Positions 40,418 to 51,700 of a stretch of DNA of 64,000 nt are shown here, piece by piece. The notes below the pieces were generated by a model. It ran no database searches, had not been told where the DNA came from, and saw only the letters and a list, made by a program, of their open reading frames with translations. Every line of letters starts with the position of its first letter. Position 1 is the first letter of the stretch. The translations under genes and the position numbers were made by a program. The DNA comes from Ignavibacteriota bacterium (lineage in GTDB: Bacteria; Bacteroidota; Ignavibacteria; UBA10030; CAVZMI01), in the NCBI GenBank assembly GCA_963776275.1, contig CAVZMI010000021.1:267183-331182 (forward strand). Reading direction: 5' to 3'.

Positions 40418-42682
40418 TCATTGTTTGGAGGAATTAATATATTCATTAAAATATTTGCATTCATTTATTGCTTTGAGATAGAATTTCGTGCTTGCATAAT
40501 TGTTCTTCAATAGTGAAAAGAAGGTACGGAATTTTGCATTCTTAATTTTCCCATCTCCATCGCTTTGGGTATTGGTAACATAATATTTATTCTGTTCGCA
40601 TTTCGCCGCCATAAAACAACACTCGGCGGCAAGCTCAACATCCCCCGACGCTTGCGCAATGGACATTCCTTGCCGGTAATGGTATTGTGCTCTTGAACAA
40701 TCAAGATATATTGGAATTTCCCCTGTTTCTATAAATATCTCATAATCCCTTCCATACCACATATTATCACAGTCATGATAATAAAGCACTACTTCTGCCG
40801 AGTTTCCAAAATAGGTAGTGTTATAGTATACATTTCCCAACAGGTAATGATATTGTGCCGCGTTATCTGGATCAGATTTTAATTTTTCTTCATACCCAAG
40901 GATAGTGGATACCAGAGTTAATTTACTATATGGTTTTTCGGTTCCCATTCTAAAGTCACAATCTCTGCAATCCTTTATTCGTATGGAAAAAGGATCTACT
41001 GAATTTATTCTCAAATTATAACTTGTCGACTTTTTGTATTCATCGATCGCCTCCTGAAGTTTATGCTGACTAAAGAGAATCGTCCCTTTAAGTTCTCTTA
41101 ATTCTTCAGGATGCGCATCCGATCGGGATATAATGTATTTTTCAAATTGTGTACTATTATGTTTGTTTTCCCAAGCAAGTAATTCTTCAACTTTTTCGAT
41201 ATTAAAAGATGGACGAAAATCCGAAATTGAATGATTACACCAAAACGCTTTAATTGTATCGCCTTCCTGAGGTGCAAGTTCTCTGAAAGCATCAACTGTA
41301 TACTGTACCAATTGGTTATGCTCTGTGCTTAGCACACATGCAAAAAGACTATCTTCGGCATATTTTGTTAGGCGAGTTGTTGCAGCAACATCAATAGCGA
41401 GTTCAATGAGAGGTAACTGTCTCTGTATGATAGAGTCTTTCGATTCTTTCAACCCTGATAAAATACTTCTTGCTTCATCATAGTTTTCTGTAAGGAAATT
41501 CAAATATCCCGAGGCAAGAGTCCATAACTCCGGATTCAATATCCTATTTTCTTTGACACAGCGGGATACAAAATTCTTCAGCATATTCATGTGTTTCGTG
41601 ACTGAGGAGTCAAATGGAATATCTTCCCCCCATCTACAATTTCCATATGGATCAACTTTGAATTTACGATCTTCATATTTATTGATTTCCCGGACGAGGA
41701 GCAGATTGAGTTTTTCCGATGAAGGATCGAGAACATATATATTCTCCATCTCTTCAAGAATATTGTTGATCGGTTCCAATCCGCGTAGGAAGTAGAGTGT
41801 TGCTTTTTCCCGGGAAGTCTTGCATAACTTAAATGTCGCCGTCCAAATACTGTCATTTGATATATTAAAACTCCGATATATAATATCTCTTCGAGCAGGA
41901 TTTAAATCGAAAAGTGTAGCAAAATAATGAGCCGCCTCCGCTTTTCTGCCAAGCTTTGCCAATGCTCCTGCTTTTTGTTCCAGCACCCAGTATTGAATGA
42001 CACTATTAACCTCCAATGGCGTGATATATTTATCATACAATTCGATGCACTTCTTATATTCCTTTGCATAATGAGCCAAACGGACTATTTGATATCCATA
42101 TCGTAATTTGATAAATTCAGATTTACTATCATGATATAGCTCTTCTCCTTTCGTTATCAAGAGATTCATTGTATCCCTGTACTGTGAATAATGCTCATCT
42201 ACCTCCCACGAATTAAAATCGACAGCAGGCTCGCATTCTTTAGCAAAACAAATATATGTAAGAAATTCTTTATCATTATTCTTGTAGAAAAAATCTTTCC
42301 AAAATATCAATTTAGATGATGGTTCTCTCTCTGATGGATTCTTAATAAGACTGTCCAATTGCTTTAGATCGTTAAGACTAAGTGAATAAATCAATATTTC
42401 TATTTCCTTTTTCCCCAACTTGCTATTAAAATATTTGCCCCATTCATCAATGTTATCTTTGCGCCCGTCCAAGCATTCATCCCAACTGTTATCGTACAAA
42501 GGATTCCATGTAAAATACAACGGCCGTAATCCTGCCGTTCCTGTCAATTCGGGATTAAAGAGAAAAGCCGGCCGTGATTCAACATCATCGCAATCGAATG
42601 AACAAAGGTTCATAATCGTGGGCAGTAACCGTATGAATGCAAGACTAGTTAAAAGCAGTAACGATCCTATGAAGATCTTCAT
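40418..42682 (-). CDS. Hypothetical exported helical/TPR-like protein
   Basis: Hydrophobic N-terminus then C-x-x-x-C; LRYGYQIVRLAHY, LLVREINKYE, LGNVYYNTTYFGNS, FMAAKCEQ; likely start MKIFIG. Confidence 0.65.
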   Translation of the reverse strand: MKIFIGSLLLLTSLAFIRLLPTIMNLCSFDCDDVESRPAFLFNPELTGTAGLRPLYFTWNPLYDNSWDECLDGRKDNIDEWGKYFNSKLGKKEIEILIYSLSLNDLKQLDSLIKNPSEREPSSKLIFWKDFFYKNNDKEFLTYICFAKECEPAVDFNSWEVDEHYSQYRDTMNLLITKGEELYHDSKSEFIKLRYGYQIVRLAHYAKEYKKCIELYDKYITPLEVNSVIQYWVLEQKAGALAKLGRKAEAAHYFATLFDLNPARRDIIYRSFNISNDSIWTATFKLCKTSREKATLYFLRGLEPINNILEEMENIYVLDPSSEKLNLLLVREINKYEDRKFKVDPYGNCRWGEDIPFDSSVTKHMNMLKNFVSRCVKENRILNPELWTLASGYLNFLTENYDEARSILSGLKESKDSIIQRQLPLIELAIDVAATTRLTKYAEDSLFACVLSTEHNQLVQYTVDAFRELAPQEGDTIKAFWCNHSISDFRPSFNIEKVEELLAWENKHNSTQFEKYIISRSDAHPEELRELKGTILFSQHKLQEAIDEYKKSTSYNLRINSVDPFSIRIKDCRDCDFRMGTEKPYSKLTLVSTILGYEEKLKSDPDNAAQYHYLLGNVYYNTTYFGNSAEVVLYYHDCDNMWYGRDYEIFIETGEIPIYLDCSRAQYHYRQGMSIAQASGDVELAAECCFMAAKCEQNKYYVTNTQSDGDGKIKNAKFRTFFSLLKNNYASTKFYLKAINECKYFNEYINSSKQ

Positions 42683-43745
42683 AACTATACCTCTTTGATA
42701 TGGTGGATTCAAGATGGTAATAAATGATGGAAGAATTTGGAGAAGGTAAATTATTCTTACGCAACAGATCCACTGATTCCAATAATTGTTTTACAGTGAC
42801 TCGATCCAGCTTCAATACATCACCCTTATATAGGTAATGACTACAAGCATAATGACTTTTCATTACGTGATAAGTGTTATGTGTATCTGTCATGTATTTT
42901 GTTGAATCAGACAGTAACTCTTCATTAAAGTCGTTGATCAAAGAGACGACCTCTCCCAATCGGAAGACAACACACCATTGAAATACCGGCAACGCAATAT
43001 CGAGAGGAACCGGATATGGACTGGATGCTTCAATATATTGCCGCCCAACGTCAAGATCAAGAATAGCACTTCCATCGGTAGAGTTTTTAATATCTCCCAT
43101 ATTATAAAACATTAAAACACCACGGTCGGCAGGAGGCACTCCTGTTTGTTCTGGTTGCGCTAATTGATGAAGTCGTAGTGTTACAGAAAGTTTAATATTA
43201 TCTTTGTCCAGAATATTTTTTAAGGTTCGCAGAAGCATGAAATAGTTATCTTTACTCTTGGTTGTCCAATCGCAATCTATTTGAATTTCCTTAATGTTTC
43301 TAATTTTTAGATCCTTGGTGATTGAATAGACCTTACGCAGAATGTTCCCCACCAAGATGGGGACAGAGTGTCTTTCAATATGCACCATTGTTCTATTCGT
43401 TATAAAAACGGTAGGTATTATCTCGATAGAATTCGGAACAGAAGATTGTACAATAAGGGGTGCAACTGGTTCAGGAGCTTTAGAATGAGGATTCCAATCG
43501 ATATCGAAATATCGAACATACAATTTACAAATATAAAGAGAATCTATAATGGATGTTTCCTTCTCACCTAGGAAAAAATTGGTTTGCCAATAATAGAACG
43601 CCGGAGTGATTCTATTCTGTTCTTCCTTCTTTTTACAGCCACCAACGGTAAAAAAAAATAATAAAAGAAAGATATAGTATCGATGTCGAGGACGGTGTCT
43701 CGTGGTAATCTCCTTGGAGTATATTATACGAAAACATACTAACAT
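42645..43745 (-). CDS. Hypothetical lipoprotein with GH18/DUF3142-like TIM-barrel features
   Basis: TVGGC lipobox; AFYYWQT, LYVRYFDID, EIQIDCDWT, VTLRLHQ, PPADRGVLMFYNMG, LDIALP; start uncertain. Confidence 0.6.
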   Translation of the reverse strand: MLVCFRIIYSKEITTRHRPRHRYYIFLLLFFFTVGGCKKKEEQNRITPAFYYWQTNFFLGEKETSIIDSLYICKLYVRYFDIDWNPHSKAPEPVAPLIVQSSVPNSIEIIPTVFITNRTMVHIERHSVPILVGNILRKVYSITKDLKIRNIKEIQIDCDWTTKSKDNYFMLLRTLKNILDKDNIKLSVTLRLHQLAQPEQTGVPPADRGVLMFYNMGDIKNSTDGSAILDLDVGRQYIEASSPYPVPLDIALPVFQWCVVFRLGEVVSLINDFNEELLSDSTKYMTDTHNTYHVMKSHYACSHYLYKGDVLKLDRVTVKQLLESVDLLRKNNLPSPNSSIIYYHLESTISKRYSYEDLHRIVTAFN

Positions 43746-43909
43746 ATAAATCTAATTTCAACAAGAATTATAGCCTTCGGGTACAAGCCAGTTGCCGAGA
43801 TTGATACCGCGTAAAAGAATTTCCTGACCATCCCTATCGACTATCACTGTACCGGAGGCTCGCAGTCCTGAAAAGTGTGATTGCGCGAAAATCATCCACA
43901 GCAATTTTG

Positions 43910-44025
43910 AATTGTGACCTGTCCGCCGTAGTGAAACAAAGGCGGAGTTTTTACCTGTCCGCCAAAGTTCGTTTTGTGAACGCAGGCGGAAGTAGAACGA
44001 AGGCGGGATCCCGACAACTTCGGGA
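43910..44025. repeat. Nested REP-like palindromic repeat cluster
   Basis: CCTGTCCGCCGTAGTGAAACAAAGGCGGA; CCTGTCCGCCAAAGTTCGTTTTGTGAACGCAGGCGGA; TCCCGA...TCGGGA. Confidence 0.7.
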
Positions 44026-44132
44026 GCAAGCGGAATGATGGGTGTAATTTAAAAGGACATCTGGATATACAACCTTGAACGTCAGACTTCCGCCTAAAAA
44101 AATGAAAGACAGTAAAGTCCGTGGCTATTTTT

Positions 44133-47100
44133 CTATTTCATAAGCACCATCGGCTTACTTGATCGGTGTCCCCCTGATTCCAACACTGCCAGATAAATTC
44201 CGCTGGGAAGTCTTGACGCTAGAAAATTCTCCTCATATACTCTTCCGGCTTCGGCAATTCCATTGAAAAGAACGGCAATTTCCTGTCCCAGGATGTTGAA
44301 AACCTTCAATGTTGCATACCCTTTCTCGGCCAGTGTAAAGTCTATCGTTGTGTTGGGATTAAAAGGATTAGGATAATTATTGTAAAGAACGAACCTCTCG
44401 GGCAGTTCATTAGTAGCTATTATATTTGAAGTTGCTCCATAAATTTCAATTTCATAGAGAGAGTATCCCCATGGCGAAGCTCGTTGTATCCCCAGCATCC
44501 GTACAAAATGTGTCTGTGCTCCGACGGATATTTTATCCGTTCCACCATCACCATTCATAAAATGTACAACATCCATCCATCCCGACATATCATCGGAAAT
44601 CTGGAGATAATACTCTTTTGCGTACGTCCCCCCCCAATGTAATACAACGTTATCGATATACACCTTCGCACCGAGATCGACGATAATGAATTGCGGATCG
44701 CTATATGTGGATGACCATTGTGTATCCATATTACCATCAACGGCATTGGCACCTTCAAGTCCGGTTCGCCTGAAAGATGATACTGTCACCGGTTTATGTA
44801 AAGCAAGATTATGCGGCGGCTCAGGATACACTGTAAATTGCGCAGAGAGAATTGTTAGTCTCCACGCATTCATCCACTGCATTATCAGGATCAACGGTTG
44901 CTTCAACCTCGTACGTACCGATTTCAGCCAACGTCCATGTATTGACGCTTTGAGGACCATGGCTGCCGCTGATCAGAACCATTCCACATGCAGGTATCGG
45001 TCATGCGATTTCGTCTGACCAACTTACGATCTGACCGTTAACATTGAATGTCATCTTGAATGCCTGACCTGCCGGTGTCGGTGCGCTTCCCTGATTTTTC
45101 ACTGTCGCATAGAAAGCAACTTGTTGCCCGGGTAGTGGATACGGCGGCACCATTCTTATATTCGTGATAAGTAGATCAGGTTTCCGCGGATTGTTTCGCA
45201 CATCGAAGTGATCCGAGAGAGGTAGATTATCGGACGAGCCTCCGATACGTACTGTATACTGTCCTGTCTCGACCTCATACGTATCGCTTATTTCATTATA
45301 ATAATATAACTCATCCGCAGTCAGTGTAAGTTCTACCGTTGTGGTCTGCCCGGGATTGATATTCACCCGTTTAAAGCCTTTAAGCTCCTTCACAGCCATC
45401 GGTACAGACGTTTCAGGTTTGCTTAAATAAAGCTGAACTACTTCATCCCCACTCCGAGCGCCTGTATTTGTTACATCCACCTCTACTGTCACCGGTTCTC
45501 CGGGTGCTACAGATGCCGGGGATATCCTCAGATTGCTGTATGAAAATGTTGTATAGCTGAGTCCGTACCCAAAAGCAAACTGCGGCACATATCCCATCTT
45601 GTCGTACCACCGGTATCCGCAGCCGTAGTCATCATTCAGGTCATCATTCCATGCAGGAAGCTGTGCGTCATTTATTGGCATTGTAACCGGCATTTTACCA
45701 CCAGGATTATAATCGCCAAAGAGTACATCGGCGAGCGCATTGCCCCCTTCCTGTCCGGGATAGAACGCATAAATTAATCCTTCGATCGAATTGATACAGC
45801 GATTGAGACTGCAGACTCCGCCGCTGAAAATAGTAACGACAAGATTGGGATTGACGGCTGCGAGTGCATTAATGAGATCCTGTTGCTTGCCTGGCAGGCT
45901 TGTCGAGCCGCCAGAACGGTCAGCTCCTTCTCCTTCCTGACTCGGATCAAGTCCGCCGCAGAAAACGACAACATCCGCACTCTGTGCATAACTCACAGCA
46001 ACAGCAAATCCGGTTGTATCGGCACTATTTATATCGCATCCCTTTGTATAGAGCACCTTCTCTGCCCCGATTTTATTTTCTGTCCCTTGTCGTGGGCTGA
46101 TACTATAATACGGAGTGACATACGCACTTCCAGTCCCATCGATTTGAGCAACAGCAGCACTTGGTCCGACGAGTGCAACCTTGGTAATAGATTTGTTCAG
46201 CGGTAAGATATTATTCTGGTTCTTGAGAAGAACCAGTGACTTCTGTCCGGCTTCGAGACACAACTGTTGATGTGCCGCGCAGTTGACATCGTCAGCATTG
46301 CCCGGCGGTTGATAATCAAGCATACCGGCAAAGATTTTCGTTCGCAGCACACGACGGACAGCGTTATCGATCACTGAGTCTGGAACTGCACCGCTGCTCA
46401 CGAGTCCGGGTAGATCGTTCCCATATTTATCTGAGCCCATACAAATATCGCAGCCGGCTTTGATAGCTAAATCTGAATGAACGATGGAACCCCAGTCGGA
46501 AACTACATAGAACGGAAATCCCCATTGTGTGCGCAGAATAGAAGTCAGTAGAGTGGGATTCTCAGCACAATATTGGCCGTTAATAAGATTATAAGCATTC
46601 ATCACGCACATCGCGCCGCCTTGTTGAACCGCCGTACGGAAGGCAAGCCCTGCCGGTTCGTTGAGTACACGCCGTGCCGCAATGATATTGTTTGTTGTCC
46701 GGCCATTCTCACGGTGGTTGGCATTATAATGCTTGACCGTCGCGATGCACGGTGTCGATTGGATACCTTTAACAACTGCCGTCGTGGTTCGTGCGCAGAG
46801 GTAAGGATCTTCACCTCCTGTTTCCGGACTTCGTCCGTTCCGCGGATCGCGATCGATATCGAGGCATGGTCCGAGGGCCTGGTGTTTTCCTTTACCACGG
46901 AATTCCTTCCCCATAGCCACACCGATTTGCTGGGCGAGGTCGATATCCCACATCGAAGCCATTCCGATACCAACGGGGAAGCTTGTCGCCATTCCGTCAC
47001 GGACACCATGCGGCCCATCCGCCATGATAAAACCGGGGATTCCAAGGCGGGCGTTATTTGGTGTATTAAATGCACCTTCCTGATGGAGCTGCAGTAACTT

Positions 47101-47232
47101 TTCCTGCATCGGCATCTGGTCGAGCAGTGTGTCGATTCTTGCTTCAACCGTCTGTGCGGCGGTTTGCATAAAAGCAAGTCCGAGAAAAACTGGAATAATC
47201 AATACTCTGATTAAGGTATAATATATATTCAT
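44133..47232 (-). CDS. GH3 beta-glucosidase + Fn3-like + CARDB + CBM32/F5-8C + T9SS CTD; two frameshifts (~45000, ~44850)
   Basis: MADGPHGV, GRSPETGGEDP, KHY, VVSDWG, EGEGADR, FGYGLSYT; bridging frame reads VDPDNAVDECVETNN (CARDB); AVDGNMDTQWSS; LYNNYPNPFNP. Confidence 0.88.
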
Positions 47233-47557
47233 TCTTCTCTCCGCATATACATTTGTTATCTTATAATATTATACAAAATTATGAAGAAAAAAATCTATGT
47301 TGAGCCAGACTTACCATAATAATATCCCTCCAGAAACGTTATATAAATCTATATATAGACCGATATCAACCTGCAAATTCCTGGGATCAGACGGTAGAAC
47401 GACATGGTATATGATATTTTCCTGTCGGATGATGAAGATGGAATTCGCCTATAAAATGACGGGAGTCCATCTTGTATGAGTACGGAGGCAAAGTGAAAAA
47501 GTTATGGTTGACATGGATAGGAAAATACACCGTATTAAGGTTTCGGAATAGTGATAG

Positions 47558-47589
47558 AAAACCCACAGCGGTTTAGCTGTGGGTTTTTT
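47558..47589. terminator. Rho-independent terminator closing the pilin-like cluster
   Basis: AAAACCCACAGC-GGTTTA-GCTGTGGGTTTT, 12-bp perfect stem with T tracts on both sides. Confidence 0.75.
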
Positions 47590-47631
47590 GTCGCGGCCTC
47601 TCTTCCGCCTTGATAAGTTGTTCGAAGCGAT

Positions 47632-47970
47632 CTATTCAGAAACCGTGAATACGAGAGTACGATTCACGGGGGTAGTATTCTCTGAAATTTGTTGATTTTT
47701 TTTGCGGTCGCTTGATTCAATTCCTGTACTGAGATTTTCTATTGTTGAAGACACTTTACTCGTCGTTACGACATTATCGATTCCAGATTGAACGTTCATT
47801 GCAATGCCAGTTCCTGCAGGTGATGTTGTATCGAGAGATGCGGTCACTTTCGGCGCCGATATTTTTACGCTAAAAGTAATTACCTGACAAGCATGGCTTG
47901 TGGTCTGTGCATTGATTACATCTATCATAGAGACAAGCACCATAACTCCTATCACAAATCGCCAAAACAT
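47632..47970 (-). CDS. Small secreted pilin-related protein (P6)
   Basis: Signal peptide ending AQ; N-terminal QVITFSV and C-terminal RTLVFTVSE strands match the cluster paralogs; Ser/Thr-rich middle. Confidence 0.55.
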   Translation of the reverse strand: MFWRFVIGVMVLVSMIDVINAQTTSHACQVITFSVKISAPKVTASLDTTSPAGTGIAMNVQSGIDNVVTTSKVSSTIENLSTGIESSDRKKNQQISENTTPVNRTLVFTVSE

Positions 47971-47983
47971 GGTCGTTTTCCCC

Positions 47984-48477
47984 TTAATCTGTCACTGTCA
48001 ACGTTACTATTCGTGTTTCATTCTCAATTTCACCGGCACTTGCATTTGCAGCAAAAGTATAGTCGATCGTTTGATTCCTGTCGATTCCTCTTGTAACACC
48101 GGAAACAGCGGTCACAGGTGCAACTGCATCCGATATATCAACGACGCCGGCGCTGTTCCATTTCGAACTCTTGAGGTTAATCATCAATTTCGTCCCTTTT
48201 GGCATAGGATCATTAATAGAAGCGACGATTTTCATGTTATCAAGATTTGTAAGTACATTATATGTCGTGCTATTATCGTTCGATTGGGCGAATTCGGACC
48301 CTGCGGCGGGTCTTGAATGAGGAATGAATGCGGATTCCCTGTTACATTGATTGAAGTAATCGGTTTTACCTCAACAATGATCTGCTGCTGTACGCTGGTA
48401 TTATTGTGCTGAGCGTAGCAAACTCCTGCCACTAAGAAGAATAACCCCAACATCACTATCGCTCGCCGCGTTTCCAT
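47984..48477 (-). CDS. Secreted pilin-like protein (P5), closest to P1; frameshift near 48290
   Basis: Joined ORFs: AQ...QQQIIVEVKPITSINVTGNP...STTYNVLTN...MPKGTKL...YTFAANASAGEIENETRIVTLTVTD, aligning by eye with 54228-54725. Confidence 0.7.
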
Positions 48478-48564
48478 TGCTTTATGCCCTCATGAAAAAA
48501 GAATCAATGATAGAAAACAGCCTTCATTCTATATACCGCCTCAACACCATACAACGTGACAAAG

Positions 48565-48580
48565 TTCAAATAGGATGCCA
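48565..48580 (-). promoter_or_regulatory. sigma54-type promoter for P5-P6
   Basis: TGGCAT-CCTAT-TTGAA on the minus strand, about 90 bp upstream of the ATG. Confidence 0.6.
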
Positions 48581-48720
48581 TCAGGATTCCGGCAAAGTTT
48601 ATTGAGGGCAGCCCTGTAAACTATTTATTGATAAAGGGTTACGGGATGTGACGAGATGGTTATGTAAATAGGGAAAAAGTGGAAATGATGTAGTTTCTAC
48701 AAATTGTATAAGGACAGCGC

Positions 48721-51700
48721 TTATTTCTTGCTTAGAATCATTTTTTCAATTGCCTCGGCTTCTTCACGGATTTTTAGCGAACCAACATAAACGCGGTATC
48801 GTAAACCAATTCCGGGTACACGGACTCTTTTAAGGAATGCAGGTTTTCCTATCAATAACTTCGCCTCTCTGATACCGGCGAGTGCTCTTCTCCTCGATCT
48901 CCATGAAGACGCCTGGACGACATAGCCGCCGCGTTTCTTATTATAACTGATAAGCGAAGGAGCCTGTGTCGGTGAAATTTGTTGAGGACGGCTTGGTTTG
49001 ATTTTCTGTGTTCCTTTCTTCTCCTCGATAACTTTCTCTTCTTGAATGATGCGGATAGCGCGGTGACGTGGAAATATTTTGAATATTGCTTCCTTTCGTT
49101 CGCCAGGACGAAGCTCGATCTCGTATGAATCCTTTTCCAAATAATGATTCTCCGGAAGCTGACCTTCGAGAAGTGTGAGTACCCACCGCCCCGGGCGGAT
49201 ATCCGTGAATGTCCATCGGCCCTGATTATCGCTTATGCGGCGGATTATTTCTGTTCCGTTCGAGAGTTGAAGAATAATGTCAGGCTGACCGCGGAGTTCG
49301 ATAATTTCCGGGGTAAGACTGTCTGCCTTCATTCTTTCACTGAGTCCGTAAAGAATGACAGAACCGGTAACAGAGCAGCTTCGGACTACACCAAGCGCGA
49401 ATTCCGAAACTCCTCCTCCAGAGAGCAGAATTTCCATTGGCAGCGGTTTCGTTGTAACACGGCCATATCCGATACTCATCCTGTCAACCTGGAGATAATA
49501 CGTTCCCGGCGGAAGACCTGGAAAACGGAAATTCCCATCATCATCTGTGAGCGCAGTCGCATCACCAATGTTCAGAAGCGCTTTCCCGACCCCCTTATTT
49601 TTCTCGACATCGACGACACGGCCGCCGATTTCCCCCAATGATCCACTTCGACCAATCGGGATAAGAATCGGTACCGAGTACCCAGCAATAAAGGCCCGTG
49701 TCCGGCCATCGACAGCAGGCGAAACAGTACTCTGGCGACCATGGAATGAAATTATGTGTCCGAATGAAAATGTATGTTCAATGGCGAAATCAATAATTGT
49801 ATATGTCTGCGTTGATGATGAGATTGCCCTGCTTCCATAAACATTGAGAGTAAAGCGTGTCTTATCGCTTAGCTGACTCAGGAGAAACAAACTAGCTGAT
49901 TGCTGTTTCTGTTCTTCGTCTGTCTCGACATTGACCTGTTTATCGTATTCGACAGTGAAATTGAGATTGTGACTATCCAGAATGCGAAAACCGGCATTCG
50001 CATAATACCGTGAGTACGGTTCGTTTTTCCCCATAAGCCTGTCTTCGACCCAGCCGATATCGGCATTAACCGAGATATTCAGCCATGAAAAATTATATCC
50101 GCTGCTGAACTGATACATATGATCAACCTGACTGTATTTTGAAACCGGAAGTAGATCCTCTCGTTTTGTGACCCTGTAACGAACAGAAACGAGATCGGAA
50201 TAACCCAATCCAGCCTCATAATATCGATCACGTGGAGCAATATACTGTAGAGTATCAAGATTGATATTTCGCCGTTCGTCCCTGAGGTAACCCTCAATAT
50301 GGAAGAGTTTCCACGGGTAGAAAGTAATGCTGGCAGCAGTCGATCGTATATCCCGGTAATATCCGCTGTAAAGTGGACCCGCATTAATATAACGGAGATC
50401 CATATTCACAAATGACGATTGGACATTGAATTGTCCTGCAAATGCATGATCGTTCCCCTGGGGATTTGAGCTTAATCCATATTCCACATCTACGCCTGTA
50501 CTTTGGAACGGCTGGTACAATGTCCGGAAGGAATAGATTGTGCTTTTCACCGATTCTTTTTTCTGCAGCGTATTGATGCTTATATTCAAATTATTCAGAA
50601 TCCGAGCTCCGAGAAAGCCTCCGTATTGTTCAAGAGCAGGTGAATAGAATCGGGTTTTGTTATAGAATCCTCCCACCGTGATCGGTGAAATAACAATTCT
50701 TCCACCTCCTCCAAATCCATATCTCGAAAATTCCGTCAATTGCGTGAGTGTATAAATTTGATCGCCGGCATAGAGATCAAGCTTTTCGCTCTTATAGCCG
50801 GCTCTATATTCATCCCGATAACCAAGGACGGATTGCTCAATCGTCTGTGGAGTGCGAATAAGCAAACTGAGGATATCTTTGCCTCCATCAGAAAGGGGTG
50901 CTGAGCTTGTCAATTCAAATTGAGTCCGATATGCCTCATCGCTCCCTGTCGGATGGATAGTAATCAACAGCGGATACCGATATATCGTGCTGCTCACATA
51001 ATCAATTCTGGGTATGATATCCGAGACTGCCGAAGCGTGTGCAACTATAGTCGTATCAGTAACACTCGATGCATATAATTCAAGAAGGGCACGCGTCTTT
51101 ACAGAAATTGAATGGCTTGTTGGGGCAATAGCTTTAATGTGACGGGTCTCGTTCGGCTTTAGTCGTATCAACGTACTGTCAACGAAGGCCGAATCGACAC
51201 CGACTACTTTCGTGTGCAATCGTATCCGGGTCAGCTCATTCCCTTTATTCACCAGGGTGAATTGCGTAATCAAGGTGTCGCCGGCGATAACATATCGCGA
51301 TGCGTCTGTGAATTGAAGTTCGAGACTCCGTATAGGAAGTATTGTAATTGGAACCGACGCTTCGACTCCGAGATAGATGGCAGTCAATGATTTCAACCGA
51401 TATCGGAAAGGATATTGACCGGCTGCCGCTTCCAGCGGGATCGAGAAACTCACCAGCAGAATATCTCTCTGCATCGGCGCGAGTTCAACTCTAGTTCTTC
51501 GCATTAACGCATGCCAGCCAGCCGGGAGAAATGCTTCACCCTCGAGACGTTGTGATTGCGAAGTATTGTTTAAAATTAAAAAGCTTACAGTAATGACTTT
51601 TCCCGGTGTTGTCTCGATCGGTGCCGTGTTCGAAGGTTGAATGATAATACCTTGCGCCCAACATAAAGTCGGCACCGCTACGGAAATCATCACCAACGTC

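Noticed and set aside
37198-44025. CRISPR array
   Set aside because: Repeats are nested palindromes without regular unique spacers; no cas genes in the window
47297-47479. 60-aa + strand ORF between GH3 and the pilin cluster
   Set aside because: No clear RBS or recognisable motif; cannot support it as a gene
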